DNA of 63,985 nt, filler included, from Lama guanicoe (Eukaryota), in NCBI GenBank assembly GCA_013239625.1. It is 79 parts of 77 records of this genome, joined end to end, with 100 filler letters (N's around TTAATTAATTAA, not from the genome) between each part and the next. Parts side by side here need not be neighbours in the genome. Positions count along the whole stretch, not along the records: positions 48,987 to 50,117 come from MU054568.1; positions 50,218 to 51,096 come from PNXV01008346.1; positions 51,197 to 52,096 come from MU054569.1; positions 52,197 to 52,720 come from PNXV01008377.1; positions 52,821 to 53,543 come from MU054573.1; positions 53,644 to 54,183 come from PNXV01008382.1; positions 54,284 to 55,513 come from MU054574.1; positions 55,614 to 56,369 come from MU054578.1; 71 more parts are not named here. One strand, given 5' to 3'. Each line of letters opens with the position of its first letter. Position 1 is the stretch's first letter. The position numbers and the translations under genes were made by a program. Of the stretch, positions 48,987 to 61,155 are shown piece after piece. The notes beneath the pieces were generated by a model. It had not been told where the DNA came from and did not search any database. It worked only from the letters and a program-made list of their open reading frames with translations.

Positions 48987-50117
48987 GACACTGTCCCCAT
49001 TGTTTACCCAGAACCTCGTGTACCAGCCATGGCTCTGGGCATGAAAATACAGCAGCGCATTAAACCTCCCTCCTGGTGGGTCTGTCGGTTCTGGTACCAT
49101 AAGGGCTCAGCCAGCATCTGAACGTCAGTGAGATATCGTGGCCAGTGAGCTAGGGTCAAGCACATTCTCTTCCAGTCACTTTTACTCCATTGTTGATTTA
49201 CTATTCCACAGTCATTAATTTTTTAAACAATGCTTTGGTGCAGGAGCAGAGCCTAATTCTCTCCTGCTACTGTTGTTAGAAGTGAGTAAAATTGTCCAGC
49301 CTGAAATGCGACCACAGTTTATAGCTCAAATCTTCCTAGGCGCATGTAAGTGGAGTTTTGGTTAGGGGTGCTGACCACGTTGGGGTCCCCTGGCAGCGTC
49401 GCTCCCCTCAGGCCCCTGTCTTCCCTGGATCAGGAGGTGAGGGTGGGTCTCACCGTTCCCGCGTCCCTGGCCTCACACACTCACGTAAATTCTTGTACAA
49501 GCTGTCAAAATCATTTTTGTTCTTGTGTGTTTCTAATTTTCTCTTGTTCCTCTTTTCCTTTTTCTTTATTCCTTTTTCTCTTGTACTGCCACGTTAGCAT
49601 CTTGTTGCGTCTGAAAATGTGGGCTGTGCACACCCTGAATTTGAAATAGCCAGATCGCCCTCCATGCTGTCTCCATCGCTTTAAAAACCAAAAAATTAAC
49701 AGCTGCCTTGATCCCTGTATTATCCTAGTCATCATTTTTATTTCTAATTTTTTGAAATATTTGCTTTGTTACCACATCACCCACTGGTGTTTGATACCTG
49801 TTAAAATCCTTGCTTTGAGGAACCTGTTTGGTCCTTCTTATATTTGGTGACAAATGTGCCTTTATTAAATTTGTTTGATTGTTTTGAANNNNNNNNNNNN
49901 NNNNNNNNNNNNNNNNNNNNNNNNNNNNNNNNNNNNNNNNNNNNNNNNNNNNNNNNNNNNNNNNNNNNNNNNNNNNNNNNNNNNNNNNNNNNNNNNNNNN
50001 NNNNNNNNNNNNNNNNNNNNNNNNNNNNNNNNNNNNNNNNNNNNNNNNNNNNNNNNNTGCGTGATGGTGCTTCCTGGCCGGCAGTCACTGGTGAGAAAGT
50101 GGCCTGCTCTGGGGTGA
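48987..50117 (+). repeat. Low-copy repeat unit, copy 1
   Basis: 48987-49499 closely matches 55857-56369; 49394-50117 matches the reverse complement of 61237-61947. Confidence 0.92.
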
Positions 50118-51196
50118 NNNNNNNNNNNNNNNNNNNNNNNNNNNNNNNNNNNNNNNNNNNNTTAATTAATTAANNNNNNNNNNNNNNNNNNNNNNNNNNN
50201 NNNNNNNNNNNNNNNNNTTGCATCATTAGGCCCCCAAAGTGACAGCAGATGGTGAGCAAACTGAAAAGGATGCTGAGAGGAACAACACGAGAACAAACTC
50301 CTTAGGAGAGTTCACTAAGTACCTCGCCCAGGATGCGGAAGGTATTAGAGAAGTCACAATGTAATCATCACTTCTCCCAACCGAAAAATAAAGGGCTTAC
50401 TCAGGCCTGGAATTTATCTTGTAAGAGATGACGTTTCTAAATTTGGGAATTGGATTTTTAAAAAGTGTTTTGAGCTAGATATTGAAGGGCATTATTAGCT
50501 GAGAATCTACAGCCCACAGTGTTAAACTAGTGACAACAGTCAGTGAATTAGGAATCATGAGAACAGAACAGCAGTAAGTTAAATGCATCCCTTTAGGGTT
50601 CTTGAGAACAGGGTAGTATGATCACATGGGATTAAATTAGTTAACAGACAACATATGTTCTGCTATTGTGACGTTTTTGTATTTAAACCTAAAAAAATTT
50701 TTTTAACAAAGTTAATCTTATTTTCCTTACCACATTAAAGCAGCACTTAAATTTCTCAAAATGGCTTTTAAATATTTGGCACTGGTTTGTAATGAACATC
50801 TGCTGCTTGGGATCTGGGTGTGCTGCCTTACCAGAGCTGACTGCATTTAGTCCACAGTTCTCTAGGAGCTAATTCCTGGCATCTACCAATCTGATGTGAA
50901 AATCAAAGTGGAAGCCATTTTGGGGCAAAAGCCCAGATGAAGAAACTCAAAGAAAACAGATGAAGCTTAAACAAGCAAATAAGACCCCCCAAAACAAACA
51001 ACAAAACATTAGTTCTTAATTATCTATTAATATTTATATAATATAAGAAACATGCACACGTGTTGAGAAAGTAGGAAAAATGGTTTTTGCTTTAGANNNN
51101 NNNNNNNNNNNNNNNNNNNNNNNNNNNNNNNNNNNNNNNNTTAATTAATTAANNNNNNNNNNNNNNNNNNNNNNNNNNNNNNNNNNNNNNNNNNNN

Positions 51197-52096
51197 AAGA
51201 AATAAAAGCAAGAATAAACAAATGAGACCTAATGAAACTTACAATTGTCTGCACAGTAAAGAAATGAAAAGTAAAACAAAAAGACAACTTAGGAATGGGA
51301 AAAAATCTTAATATGAAACCGACAAAGGCTTGATCTCCACAGTATATATGCAGGGCATCCAACTGAATAAGAATAAACAGATCACCCAATGCAAAAATTG
51401 GCAGAAGACCTAAACAAGAAATTTTCCAAGGAAGACATACAAATGATCAAAAGGCACATCAGAAAATGCTCAATATCTGATTATCAGAGAAATGCAAATC
51501 AAAACTATAATGAGGTATCAACTCACACCAATCTGAATGGCCATCATTCAAAAATCCACAAATGGCAAATGCTGGAGCAGCCGTGGAGAAAAGGGAACCG
51601 TCCTTCACTGCTGGTGGCAAAGCAGATTGGTACAGCCACTGTGGAAAACAGGATGGAGATTCCTCAAAAGCCTAGGTATAGACTTATCATATGATCCAGG
51701 AATCTCGGTCCTGGCCATAAATCATGAAGGAACCCTACTTCTGGATGACACCTGCACCCGAATATTTATATCCAGCANNNNNNNNNNNNNNNNNNNNNNN
51801 NNNNNNNNNNNNNNNNNNNNNNNNNNNNNNNNNNNNNNNNNNNNNNNNNNNNNNNNNNNNNNNNNNNNNNNNNNNNNNNNNNNNNNNNNNNNNNNNNTGA
51901 CAACATAACGCCATTTTCAGCAACATGGATAGTCCAGGAGAAAATCAGTCTAAGTTAAGTAAGCCAGAAAGGGAAAGAAAAATACCATATTAGATGGCTC
52001 ATCAGTGAAATCTAAAAACAAAACAAAAAAAGTACAAATACAAAACAGAAATAGAGTCACAGATATAGAATACAAGGTTTTGTTAGCCAAGGGGGC
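51197..52096 (+). mobile_element. LINE-1 ORF2 3' end and 3'UTR, disrupted
   Basis: [52 protein letters not shown]. Confidence 0.93.
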
Positions 52097-52196
52097 NNNN
52101 NNNNNNNNNNNNNNNNNNNNNNNNNNNNNNNNNNNNNNNNTTAATTAATTAANNNNNNNNNNNNNNNNNNNNNNNNNNNNNNNNNNNNNNNNNNNN

Positions 52197-52720
52197 GGGC
52201 CACCTTGTCTTGTCTCAGGTTTTTGTGAGAAGGTTTTCAGTTTTTATCCATTGAGTATTTTGCTGGCTATATGTCATAAATAGCTATTATTATGTTGAGA
52301 TATGGTCCCTCTGTACCCACTGTGATAAGAACTTTTTTAGCAGTAAGGTGTTAAATGTTATCAAATGTTTTTCTGCATCTACTGAGATTATCATGTGGAT
52401 TTTTGTCCTCTCTTTTGTTGATATGGTTTATCACAATTGATTGATTGATTTGCATATGTTACACCATCCTTGTGTTCCTGGGATGAACCTAACTTGATAG
52501 GGATGAACCAACTTGATAATGGTGTACGATCTTTTTCTAAATGCTGTTGGATTTTGTTTGTTAATAATTTCTTAAGCACATTTACATCTATGTTTATCAA
52601 TGATATTGGCCTATAGTTTTCTTTTTAGTTAGTGTCTTTGGTTTTGTTATCAGGTTGATGTTGGCCTTATAGTGTGAGTTTGTGTGTACTCATTCCATAT
52701 CAATATTTTGGAAGTGTTTG
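52197..52720 (-). mobile_element. LINE-1 ORF2 fragment (antisense), same subfamily as 5740-6207
   Basis: Shares ACCATATCAACAA.AGAGAGGACAA with 5740-6207; small tandem duplication at ~52481-52520. Confidence 0.92.
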
Positions 52721-52820
52721 NNNNNNNNNNNNNNNNNNNNNNNNNNNNNNNNNNNNNNNNNNNNTTAATTAATTAANNNNNNNNNNNNNNNNNNNNNNNN
52801 NNNNNNNNNNNNNNNNNNNN

Positions 52821-53543
52821 TGTAGGGAAACAGTCAAAGCATCTATCAGGGGGCACATTTATTCCATGGATGTGGGTTGTAATTTAGAAACCCACATCCC
52901 ATGGATAGGCTCTCGCTAATACTTGGTTTAGAGCCCAACCCCAAATTTTCCCAACTCTCCAGCCTAGGCATTCCATCAGGGAAGACAAGCTAAGGGATTC
53001 TATTAGAACCCAGGCGCTGCTGTCATTTGGAGGAGCCTCCCCACTATCAGGATACCTGAGCACGTCTCCGTGTGTGTGCTGGAGGTGGTGAAACAGATTC
53101 CACGCATCTTTATGGGGCACAGGTGTTCCAAGTTTAGGGAAGTATTTTAAAACCCTCCACTGCCCACAGGGATGCACACGCTAATACTTGGCTTTAGAAC
53201 CCATCCCCCACCATCGCTTACTGCTAGGCCTAGGAAAACACTTAGGGAAGTCAAGCTAAGGGATTCTATTACAACCCAGGTGCTGCTGTCTGTTGGAGGA
53301 ACCTCCCCACNNNNNNNNNNNNNNNNNNNNNNNNNNNNNNNNNNNNNNNNNNNNNNNNNNNNNNNNNNNNNNNNNNNNNNNNNNNNNNNNNNCATGGTTG
53401 TGGGTTGTAGGTCAAACACCCACATCCCATGGATAGGCTCTCGCTAATACTTGGTTTAGAGCCAAATCCCAACTTTCCCCCGCACACCGGCTTTTTGAAT
53501 CCATCATGGAAGACAAGTTAACGTATTGTATTAGAACCCAGGC
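52821..53543 (+). repeat. Satellite D
   Basis: CCCATGGATAGGCTCTCGCTAATACTTGGTTTAGAGCC at ~52898 and ~53426. Confidence 0.92.
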
Positions 53544-53643
53544 NNNNNNNNNNNNNNNNNNNNNNNNNNNNNNNNNNNNNNNNNNNNTTAATTAATTAAN
53601 NNNNNNNNNNNNNNNNNNNNNNNNNNNNNNNNNNNNNNNNNNN

Positions 53644-54183
53644 GAACACAGAATATAGAATATAGAACAGAGAATAGAGAACCGAGAATTTATATCATGG
53701 TATGCAGAACACAGAATTAAGATTATAGAATACAGAATACTGAATATAGAATTTAGAGTATGCAATGTAGAACACAGAATATAGAATATAGGATACGGAA
53801 TGCAGATTATTAAATGTAGAATATAGAATGAAGAACAGAAAATATAGAATATATAAAAGAGCATATACAACCTAGAATTTTGTAATGAAATGCAGAACAC
53901 AGAATTTAGTATATAGAATACAGAATACTTAATATACAATTTAGAATATAGAATGTAGAACACAGAATATAGAATATAGAATAAAGAATACTGAATATAG
54001 TATTTAGAGTATAGAATGTAGAACACAGAATATAGAATGTAGAATACAGATTATAGAATCCAGAATTATCTTGGAATGCAGAACACAGAATTTAGAACAT
54101 AGAATATAGAAAAGTGGATATAAAATTTAGCAGGTAGAATGTAGAACACAGTATATAGAATATAGAATACGGAGGGCAGAATA
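53644..54183 (+). repeat. Satellite A
   Basis: Heptamer variants; 54106-54183 matches 855-932. Confidence 0.95.
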
Positions 54184-54283
54184 NNNNNNNNNNNNNNNNN
54201 NNNNNNNNNNNNNNNNNNNNNNNNNNNTTAATTAATTAANNNNNNNNNNNNNNNNNNNNNNNNNNNNNNNNNNNNNNNNNNNN

Positions 54284-55513
54284 GACAGAGGCTGCCTCCC
54301 CAAGGTCAGGGAATGTATTTCTCGGACTTCTCGAAACACTGAACACCTGTGACTGAAGAGAGCTGCGTGGAGTTGTCTCTCGAGCTCCCCCACGCACTGA
54401 CAATGGTTCCGGAATCCTGACCGTGGGGAGGTTCCACCAACGGTCGGCAGCGCGTGGGTTCTNNNNNNNNNNNNNNNNNNNNNNNNNNNNNNNNNNNNNN
54501 NNNNNNNNNNNNNNNNNNNNNNNNNNNNNNNNNNNNNNNNNNNNNNNNNNNNNNNNNNNNNNNNNNNNNNNNNNNNNNNNNNNNNNNNNNNNNNNNNNNN
54601 NNNNNNNNNNNNNNNNNNNNNNNNNNNNNNNNNNNNNNNNNNNNNNNNNNNNNNNNNNNNNNNNNNNNNNNNNNNNNNNNNNNNNNNNNNNNNNNNNNNN
54701 NNNNNNNNNNNNNNNNNNNNNNNNNNNNNNNNNNNNNNNNNNNNNNNNNNNNNNNNNNNNNNNNNNNNNNNNNNNNNNNNNNNNNNNNNNNNNNNNNNNN
54801 NNNNNNNNNNNNNNNNNNNNNNNNNNNNNNNNNNNNNNNNNNNNNNNNNNNNNNNNNNNNNNNNNNNNNNNNNNNNNNNNNNNNNNNNNNNNNNNNNNNN
54901 NNNNNNNNNNNNNNNNNNNNNNNNNNNNNNNNNNNNNNNNNNNNNNNNNNNNNNNNNNNNNNNNNNNNNNNNNNNNNNNNNNNNNNNNNNNNNNNNNNNN
55001 NNNNNNNNNNNNNNNNNNNNNNNNNNNNNNNNNNNNNNNNNNNNNNNNNNNNNNNNNNNNNNNNNNNNNNNNNNNNNNNNNNNNNNNNNNNNNNNNNNNN
55101 NNNNNNNNNNNNNNNNNNNNNNNNNNNNNNNNNNNNNNNNNNNNNNNNNNNNNNNNNNNNNNNNNNNNNNNNNNNNNNNNNNNNNNNNNNNNNNNNNNAT
55201 CCTGAGCGTGGGGAGGTTCCACCATCGGTCGGCAGCGCGTGGGTTCTAACGGAATGCCTGAGCTCGACTCCCCTGAGGGTTTTCCTAATGTCTCTGTGCC
55301 AGGGAATCCTAGGGGGGTTTGCAGGAAGTCCCAGGGACAGAGGCTGCCTCCCCTTGTTCAGGGAAGGTTTTTCTCGGACTTCCCCAGACAGGGAACTCTT
55401 GGGACTGAAGAGAGCTGCGTGGAGTTGTCTCTCGGGCTCCGCCACCCACTGACAATGTTTCCGCAATCCTGAGCGTGAGGAGGTTCCACCATAGGTCGGC
55501 AGCGCGTGGGTTC
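54284..55513 (+). repeat. Satellite C
   Basis: GACTGAAGAGAGCTGCGTGGAGTTGTCTCTCG on both sides of the internal gap. Confidence 0.93.
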
Positions 55514-55613
55514 NNNNNNNNNNNNNNNNNNNNNNNNNNNNNNNNNNNNNNNNNNNNTTAATTAATTAANNNNNNNNNNNNNNNNNNNNNNNNNNNNNNN
55601 NNNNNNNNNNNNN

Positions 55614-56369
55614 TAAGCAGGGACCACCTTCTCACCCTGCACAGACTGGTGGGTGACCAGTGGAAGCCTGGAGCCCTGCCCCAGCCCCCAGGCCAGTGCC
55701 TCTTTTGTCATAGGAGGCACTGGTGACATTTTTCTCAGCAATTGCTTGGCTCTGAGTCTGCAGAGCCACCAGAGAATGCCAGCTTGTTTTTGCCTTTTGA
55801 AGTCTGCCCTTGGGATTTGGCGGAGTAGCTGGATGTGTGCTTAGCCCATAGTGGAAGACACTGTCACCATTGTTTACCCAGAACCTCGTGTACCAGCCAT
55901 GGCTCTCGGCATGAAAATATAGCAGCGCATAAAAACTCCCTCCTGGTGGGTCTGTCGGTTCTGGTACCATAAGGGCTCAGCCAGCATCTGAACGTCAGTG
56001 AGATATCGCGGCCAGTGAGCTAGGGTCAAGCACGTTCTCTTCCAGTCTCTTTTACTCCATTGTTGCTTTTACTATTCCACAGTCATTAATTTTTTAAACA
56101 ATGCTTTTGTGCAGGAGCAGAGCCTAATTCTCTCCTGCTACTCTTGGTGGAAGTGAATAAAATTGTCCAGCCTGAAATGCGACCACAGTTTATAGCTCAA
56201 AACTTCCTAGACGCATGTAGGTGGAGTTTTGGTTAGGGGCGCTGACCACGTTGGGGTCCCCTGGCAGCGTCGCTCACCTCAGGCCCCTGTCTTCCCTGGA
56301 TCAGGAGGTGAGGGTGGGTCTCACCATTCCCGCGTCCCTGGCCTCACACACTCACGTAAATTCTTGTAC
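55614..56369 (+). repeat. Low-copy repeat unit, copy 2
   Basis: Colinear high-identity match to 48987-49499. Confidence 0.92.
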
Positions 56370-56469
56370 NNNNNNNNNNNNNNNNNNNNNNNNNNNNNNN
56401 NNNNNNNNNNNNNTTAATTAATTAANNNNNNNNNNNNNNNNNNNNNNNNNNNNNNNNNNNNNNNNNNNN

Positions 56470-57493
56470 ATTTAGAATATAGAATGTAGAACACAGAATA
56501 TAGAATAGAGAGTACGGATGCAGAATAATAAATATAGAGTATAGAATGTAGAACACAAATATAGAAAATAGAATAGTGAATATAGAACCCAGAAATTAGA
56601 ACACGGAATGCAGTTCACAGAATTTTGAATATAGAACACAGAATAATTTATATAAATTTAAATATAGAATGTAGAACACAGAGTATAGAATATAGAATAC
56701 GGAATACTGAAAATAGAATTTAGAATATAGAATGTAGAACACAGAATATAGAATATAGAATAGAGAATATAGAACCCAGAATTNNNNNNNNNNNNNNNNN
56801 NNNNNNNNNNNNNNNNNNNNNNNNNNNNNNNNNNNNNNNNNNNNNNNNNNNNNNNNNNNNNNNNNNNNNNNNNNNNNNNNNNNNNNNNNNNNNNNNNNNN
56901 NNNNNNNNNNNNNNNNNNNNNNNNNNNNNNNNNNNNNNNNNNNNNNNNNNNNNNNNNNNNNNNNNNNNNNNNNNNNNNNNNNNNNNNNNNNNNNNNNNNN
57001 NNNNNNNNNNNNNNNNNNNNNNNNNNNNNNNNNNNNNNNNNNNNNNNNNNNNNNNNNNNNNNNNNNNTTACAGAATATATCGAATTTAGAAAATAGAATG
57101 TAGAACACAGAATATGGAATGTAGAGTATAGAATACTGAATATAGAATTTAGAATCTACAATGTAGAACACAGAATATAGCATATAGAATAGAGAATATA
57201 AAACCCAGAATTTAGAACTTGGAATGCAGAACACAGAATTTAGATTATAGAATACAGAATACTGAATATCGAATTTAGAATATAGAATGTAGAACACGGA
57301 ATATGGAATGTAGAGTATAGAATACTGAATATAGAATTTAGAATCTACAATGTAGAACACAGAATATAGCATATAGAATAGAGAATAGAGAATATAGAAC
57401 CCAGAATTAAGTACATGAATGTAGAACACAGAATTTAGAATATGGAACACAGAATACTGAATATCGAATTTAGAATATAGAATGTAGAACACA
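56470..57493 (+). repeat. Satellite A with a ~189-bp higher-order unit
   Basis: Rare CGAATT variant at 57081, 57270 and 57465. Confidence 0.95.
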
Positions 57494-57914
57494 NNNNNNN
57501 NNNNNNNNNNNNNNNNNNNNNNNNNNNNNNNNNNNNNTTAATTAATTAANNNNNNNNNNNNNNNNNNNNNNNNNNNNNNNNNNNNNNNNNNNNATCAATA
57601 TCAAAATAAAATGTGTTATTCATTAAAAACATAAAACTCTTCTCACAGGAGGTCTTTAATTATTAAATGCAGAAATGCATGTTAAGCTCTTGGAACAACA
57701 CTTTGCACTTCCACATACAGTCACTGCTGTCGCTGCCACTCAGAGGGTGGTCCCAGCTCTGATGAGAGCTGCCTCCACTCGCTCCCCTGCAGACAGGAGT
57801 GAGGGCCTGAGCTCTGACAGGCAGGGTGAGCGTAAACCTGGGTCAGACACAGCCACGTCCCAGACTCTGCATTACCCGAATTTCTTATACAAACTGCAAC
57901 ATGTAATGTAAACA

Positions 57915-58045
57915 TGCTAGAGGGATGTATCTTACAACACAGGGACAGCCAATGTTTTACAGTAACTATAAATGGAGCATCTGTTGTACACCTGAAACAT
58001 ATATCATATTTTAAATCAGCTATATCTTTATAAAAAATTAAAAAC
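57915..58045 (+). mobile_element. Old LINE-1 3' end
   Basis: TACAACACAGGGA.AGCCAAT.TTTTA.AGTAACTATAAATGGAG...TGTTGTACACCTGAAAC + A-rich tail. Confidence 0.6.
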
Positions 58046-58214
58046 CAATTTAAAAATGTTATCATTGTAATATTCAATTCGGTTTTTAAGTAACTATTAA
58101 ACAGCTTAGAATGTNNNNNNNNNNNNNNNNNNNNNNNNNNNNNNNNNNNNNNNNNNNNTTAATTAATTAANNNNNNNNNNNNNNNNNNNNNNNNNNNNNN
58201 NNNNNNNNNNNNNN

Positions 58215-58758
58215 TATTCTGTGTTCTACATTCTATATTCTAAATTCTATATAAAGTATTCTGTATACTATATTCTAAATTCTGTGTTCTGCATAACATG
58301 TTCTAAATTCTGGGTTCTATATTCTGTTTTCCATATTCTAAATTCTGTGTTCTACATTCTATATTCTGTATTCAATATTCTGCATTCCATATTCTGCATT
58401 CCATATTCTGTGTTCTACATTCTATATTCTTAATTCGAAATTCAGTATTCTGTATTCTATATTCTAAATCCTCTCTTCTGCATTCCATGTTCCAAATTTT
58501 GGGTTCTATATTTTGTATTCTATTTTCTATTTTCTGTGTACTACATTCTATATTCTAAATTGTATATTCAGTATTTTATACTCTATATCCTAATTTCTGT
58601 GTTCTACATTCTATATTGTGAATTCAGTATTCTGCATTCCATATTCTACATTCCATATTTTGTGTTCTACATTCTATATTCTAAAGTCGAAATTCAGTAT
58701 TCTGTATTATTTATTCTAAATAATGTGTTCTACATTCCATGTTCTTAATTCTGGGTTC
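58215..58758 (-). repeat. Satellite A (reverse strand)
   Basis: ATATTCT heptamer variants. Confidence 0.95.
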
Positions 58759-58858
58759 NNNNNNNNNNNNNNNNNNNNNNNNNNNNNNNNNNNNNNNNNN
58801 NNTTAATTAATTAANNNNNNNNNNNNNNNNNNNNNNNNNNNNNNNNNNNNNNNNNNNN

Positions 58859-59578
58859 TCTGAGTTGTGAGCATGTGAATTAGTGAACTTTCATTCACCA
58901 AACAAGGAATATATACACTTTGAAATATTTACTCTGACTTCATAGGTTTTTTATATCACTAAGTTCTAAAATCGGACATTTAGCACTAGAAAACACTCTT
59001 TGAGCGAATTCTCACCAATACACATGTACTTTATATTGTTTACGTAACCATGGAATTCCGTATTCCGAATATGTTTCATGAATCATGGATTCCTCATACA
59101 TGCATTTCTGAACGGTGAACATGCGCATGAATGGTGTTTCAAACACCAAAAATTAACCTATGCACTTTGAAATATTTACTTAGACTTCGTTGCTTCTTCC
59201 TTTCACCAGTTTCAAGAATCACACCTTGATCCCAGAAAAACCCTCTTGGAGCGAATTCTACCCTAGAAATATGTAATTTAATAGATTCCATCTAAATGAT
59301 ATTCAGTGTTCCGTACATGCTACATGCATGACGGATTTGACAAACATGCATAAAACATGCATTCCTGAGTTGAGAGCATGTGGATTACTGATCTTTCATC
59401 CTCTATAAAAACAATATTTTCATCTAGACACGTGTACCCATTTTCACAATCTTTTCCTAACACCAGTTTAAAATTCATGCATTTTTCACAGAAAAATACT
59501 TCTGGAGACATTCCCAATGAACAGATATCTAATTATAAATGCATTCCATCAACAGGGCATTCCGGATTCCGTAAATGC
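58859..59578 (-). repeat. Satellite E (reverse strand), three different monomers
   Basis: CTGA..GTGA.CATG anchors at ~58859, 59107 and 59364; matches 48094-48886. Confidence 0.9.
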
Positions 59579-61155
59579 NNNNNNNNNNNNNNNNNNNNNN
59601 NNNNNNNNNNNNNNNNNNNNNNTTAATTAATTAANNNNNNNNNNNNNNNNNNNNNNNNNNNNNNNNNNNNNNNNNNNNGTTGGGAGCAGGCACTTTGGGG
59701 ATGGCAGTGAGACCCTTCACATCATCAGCTGGAAACCATCCAAAGGCCAGACTAGTGAGATGGAGCAGTGGGCACAGGGTTCTTTATCTCAGGGTTTGTA
59801 AGACCTTTATCCTTAGGGTCCTGCTGTTCTTCAGTTCATTCCAGTGTAATCCCAATGCATGGGGTACAAATAATGTCACATACCTGATTTTTCTAACGAG
59901 TTATTTGGGTCTTGAAATGTTTAGTAGAGCAGAAAATCCTGTATTTTCCTTTGAGGACTTTCTTCTATAATCTTCCTCTTGAATTTTCCAGGAACCTAAG
60001 GGATTCCCTGGGGCCACAGTGACAGTCCTCTCCCACAAGGCACTGGGGCGGGGCGAGGGCATGCTAATCGTTCTCTTGTTTCCCTTGATTCTGTTGCTGC
60101 AGCGTTGGTACTAAAACTAGTTTTAACAGGATCTCCTTGGCAGCTGAGTCTGGGGTCTGGATGTTGCTGTCTAAAGACCTTTAATAAAATTTTAAAAGAA
60201 GAAAAGGAAAAAGAAACTGGTCCTGCAGTCGGGCCGTGATTGACCTCTGCTCCCGGGAACAGTTTCCGTGGTCTTCGTGGCCATCGACACGTAAACTTCT
60301 GCGTGACGGCTTGTTTAGTTCTCATACATACGCTTGTATGAGGTCATATATGTATAAATGAGTTTAGCTGCAAGTTATATACTAGCTGAGGTGCCCTGAA
60401 TTATAAACCATGAAGAACAGCTAATCACTGTAATTTGTAACATTTTCTGAAAACTGCCACATTTAAATGTTACACCTNNNNNNNNNNNNNNNNNNNNNNN
60501 NNNNNNNNNNNNNNNNNNNNNTTAATTAATTAANNNNNNNNNNNNNNNNNNNNNNNNNNNNNNNNNNNNNNNNNNNNGGAAAATTTTAACATGGACTACA
60601 CTGTAAATCAGCATATATATATATATGTATATATATATACACATACACACACACACAATATATAATTTCTATAATGTGGATTTTTACGTAAGAAAATTTC
60701 CTTGTTTTGACAAGAAACGTGCTGAACTATGTAGTGTTGATGTCTATAATTTACTTACAAACAGCTCACAACTCCCTCAAATGAAACTCTATTTTCTCTA
60801 TATATACAGTCAATGTGATACAGGTAAACAGTTGNNNNNNNNNNNNNNTAAAAGACATATTCTTTGTACTTTTCTATAGTTCTGAGTGTTAATGGAAAGG
60901 AGAGGAAGAACCAGTGGATCAGATAGCTGGTAAAAAAGTAACTTTTTGGAGGGAAAACAAGTGCTACCTACCCCCTAGTGAGGACTCTCCTTATTGGGCT
61001 TTCTAGGTCATCCCACCCCACGCCCCACACACTCACATCATTTCTTTGGCTGGAANNNNNNNNNNNNNNNNNNNNNNNNNNNNNNNNNNNNNNNNNNNNT
61101 TAATTAATTAANNNNNNNNNNNNNNNNNNNNNNNNNNNNNNNNNNNNNNNNNNNN

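Noticed and set aside
56596..57492. Long hydrophobic F/Y/I/L/S/C-rich ORFs (also at 799-1400, 8372-8873, 13391-14056, 53592-54026 and others)
   Set aside because: These are translations of the stop-poor pyrimidine strand of satellite A, not membrane proteins.
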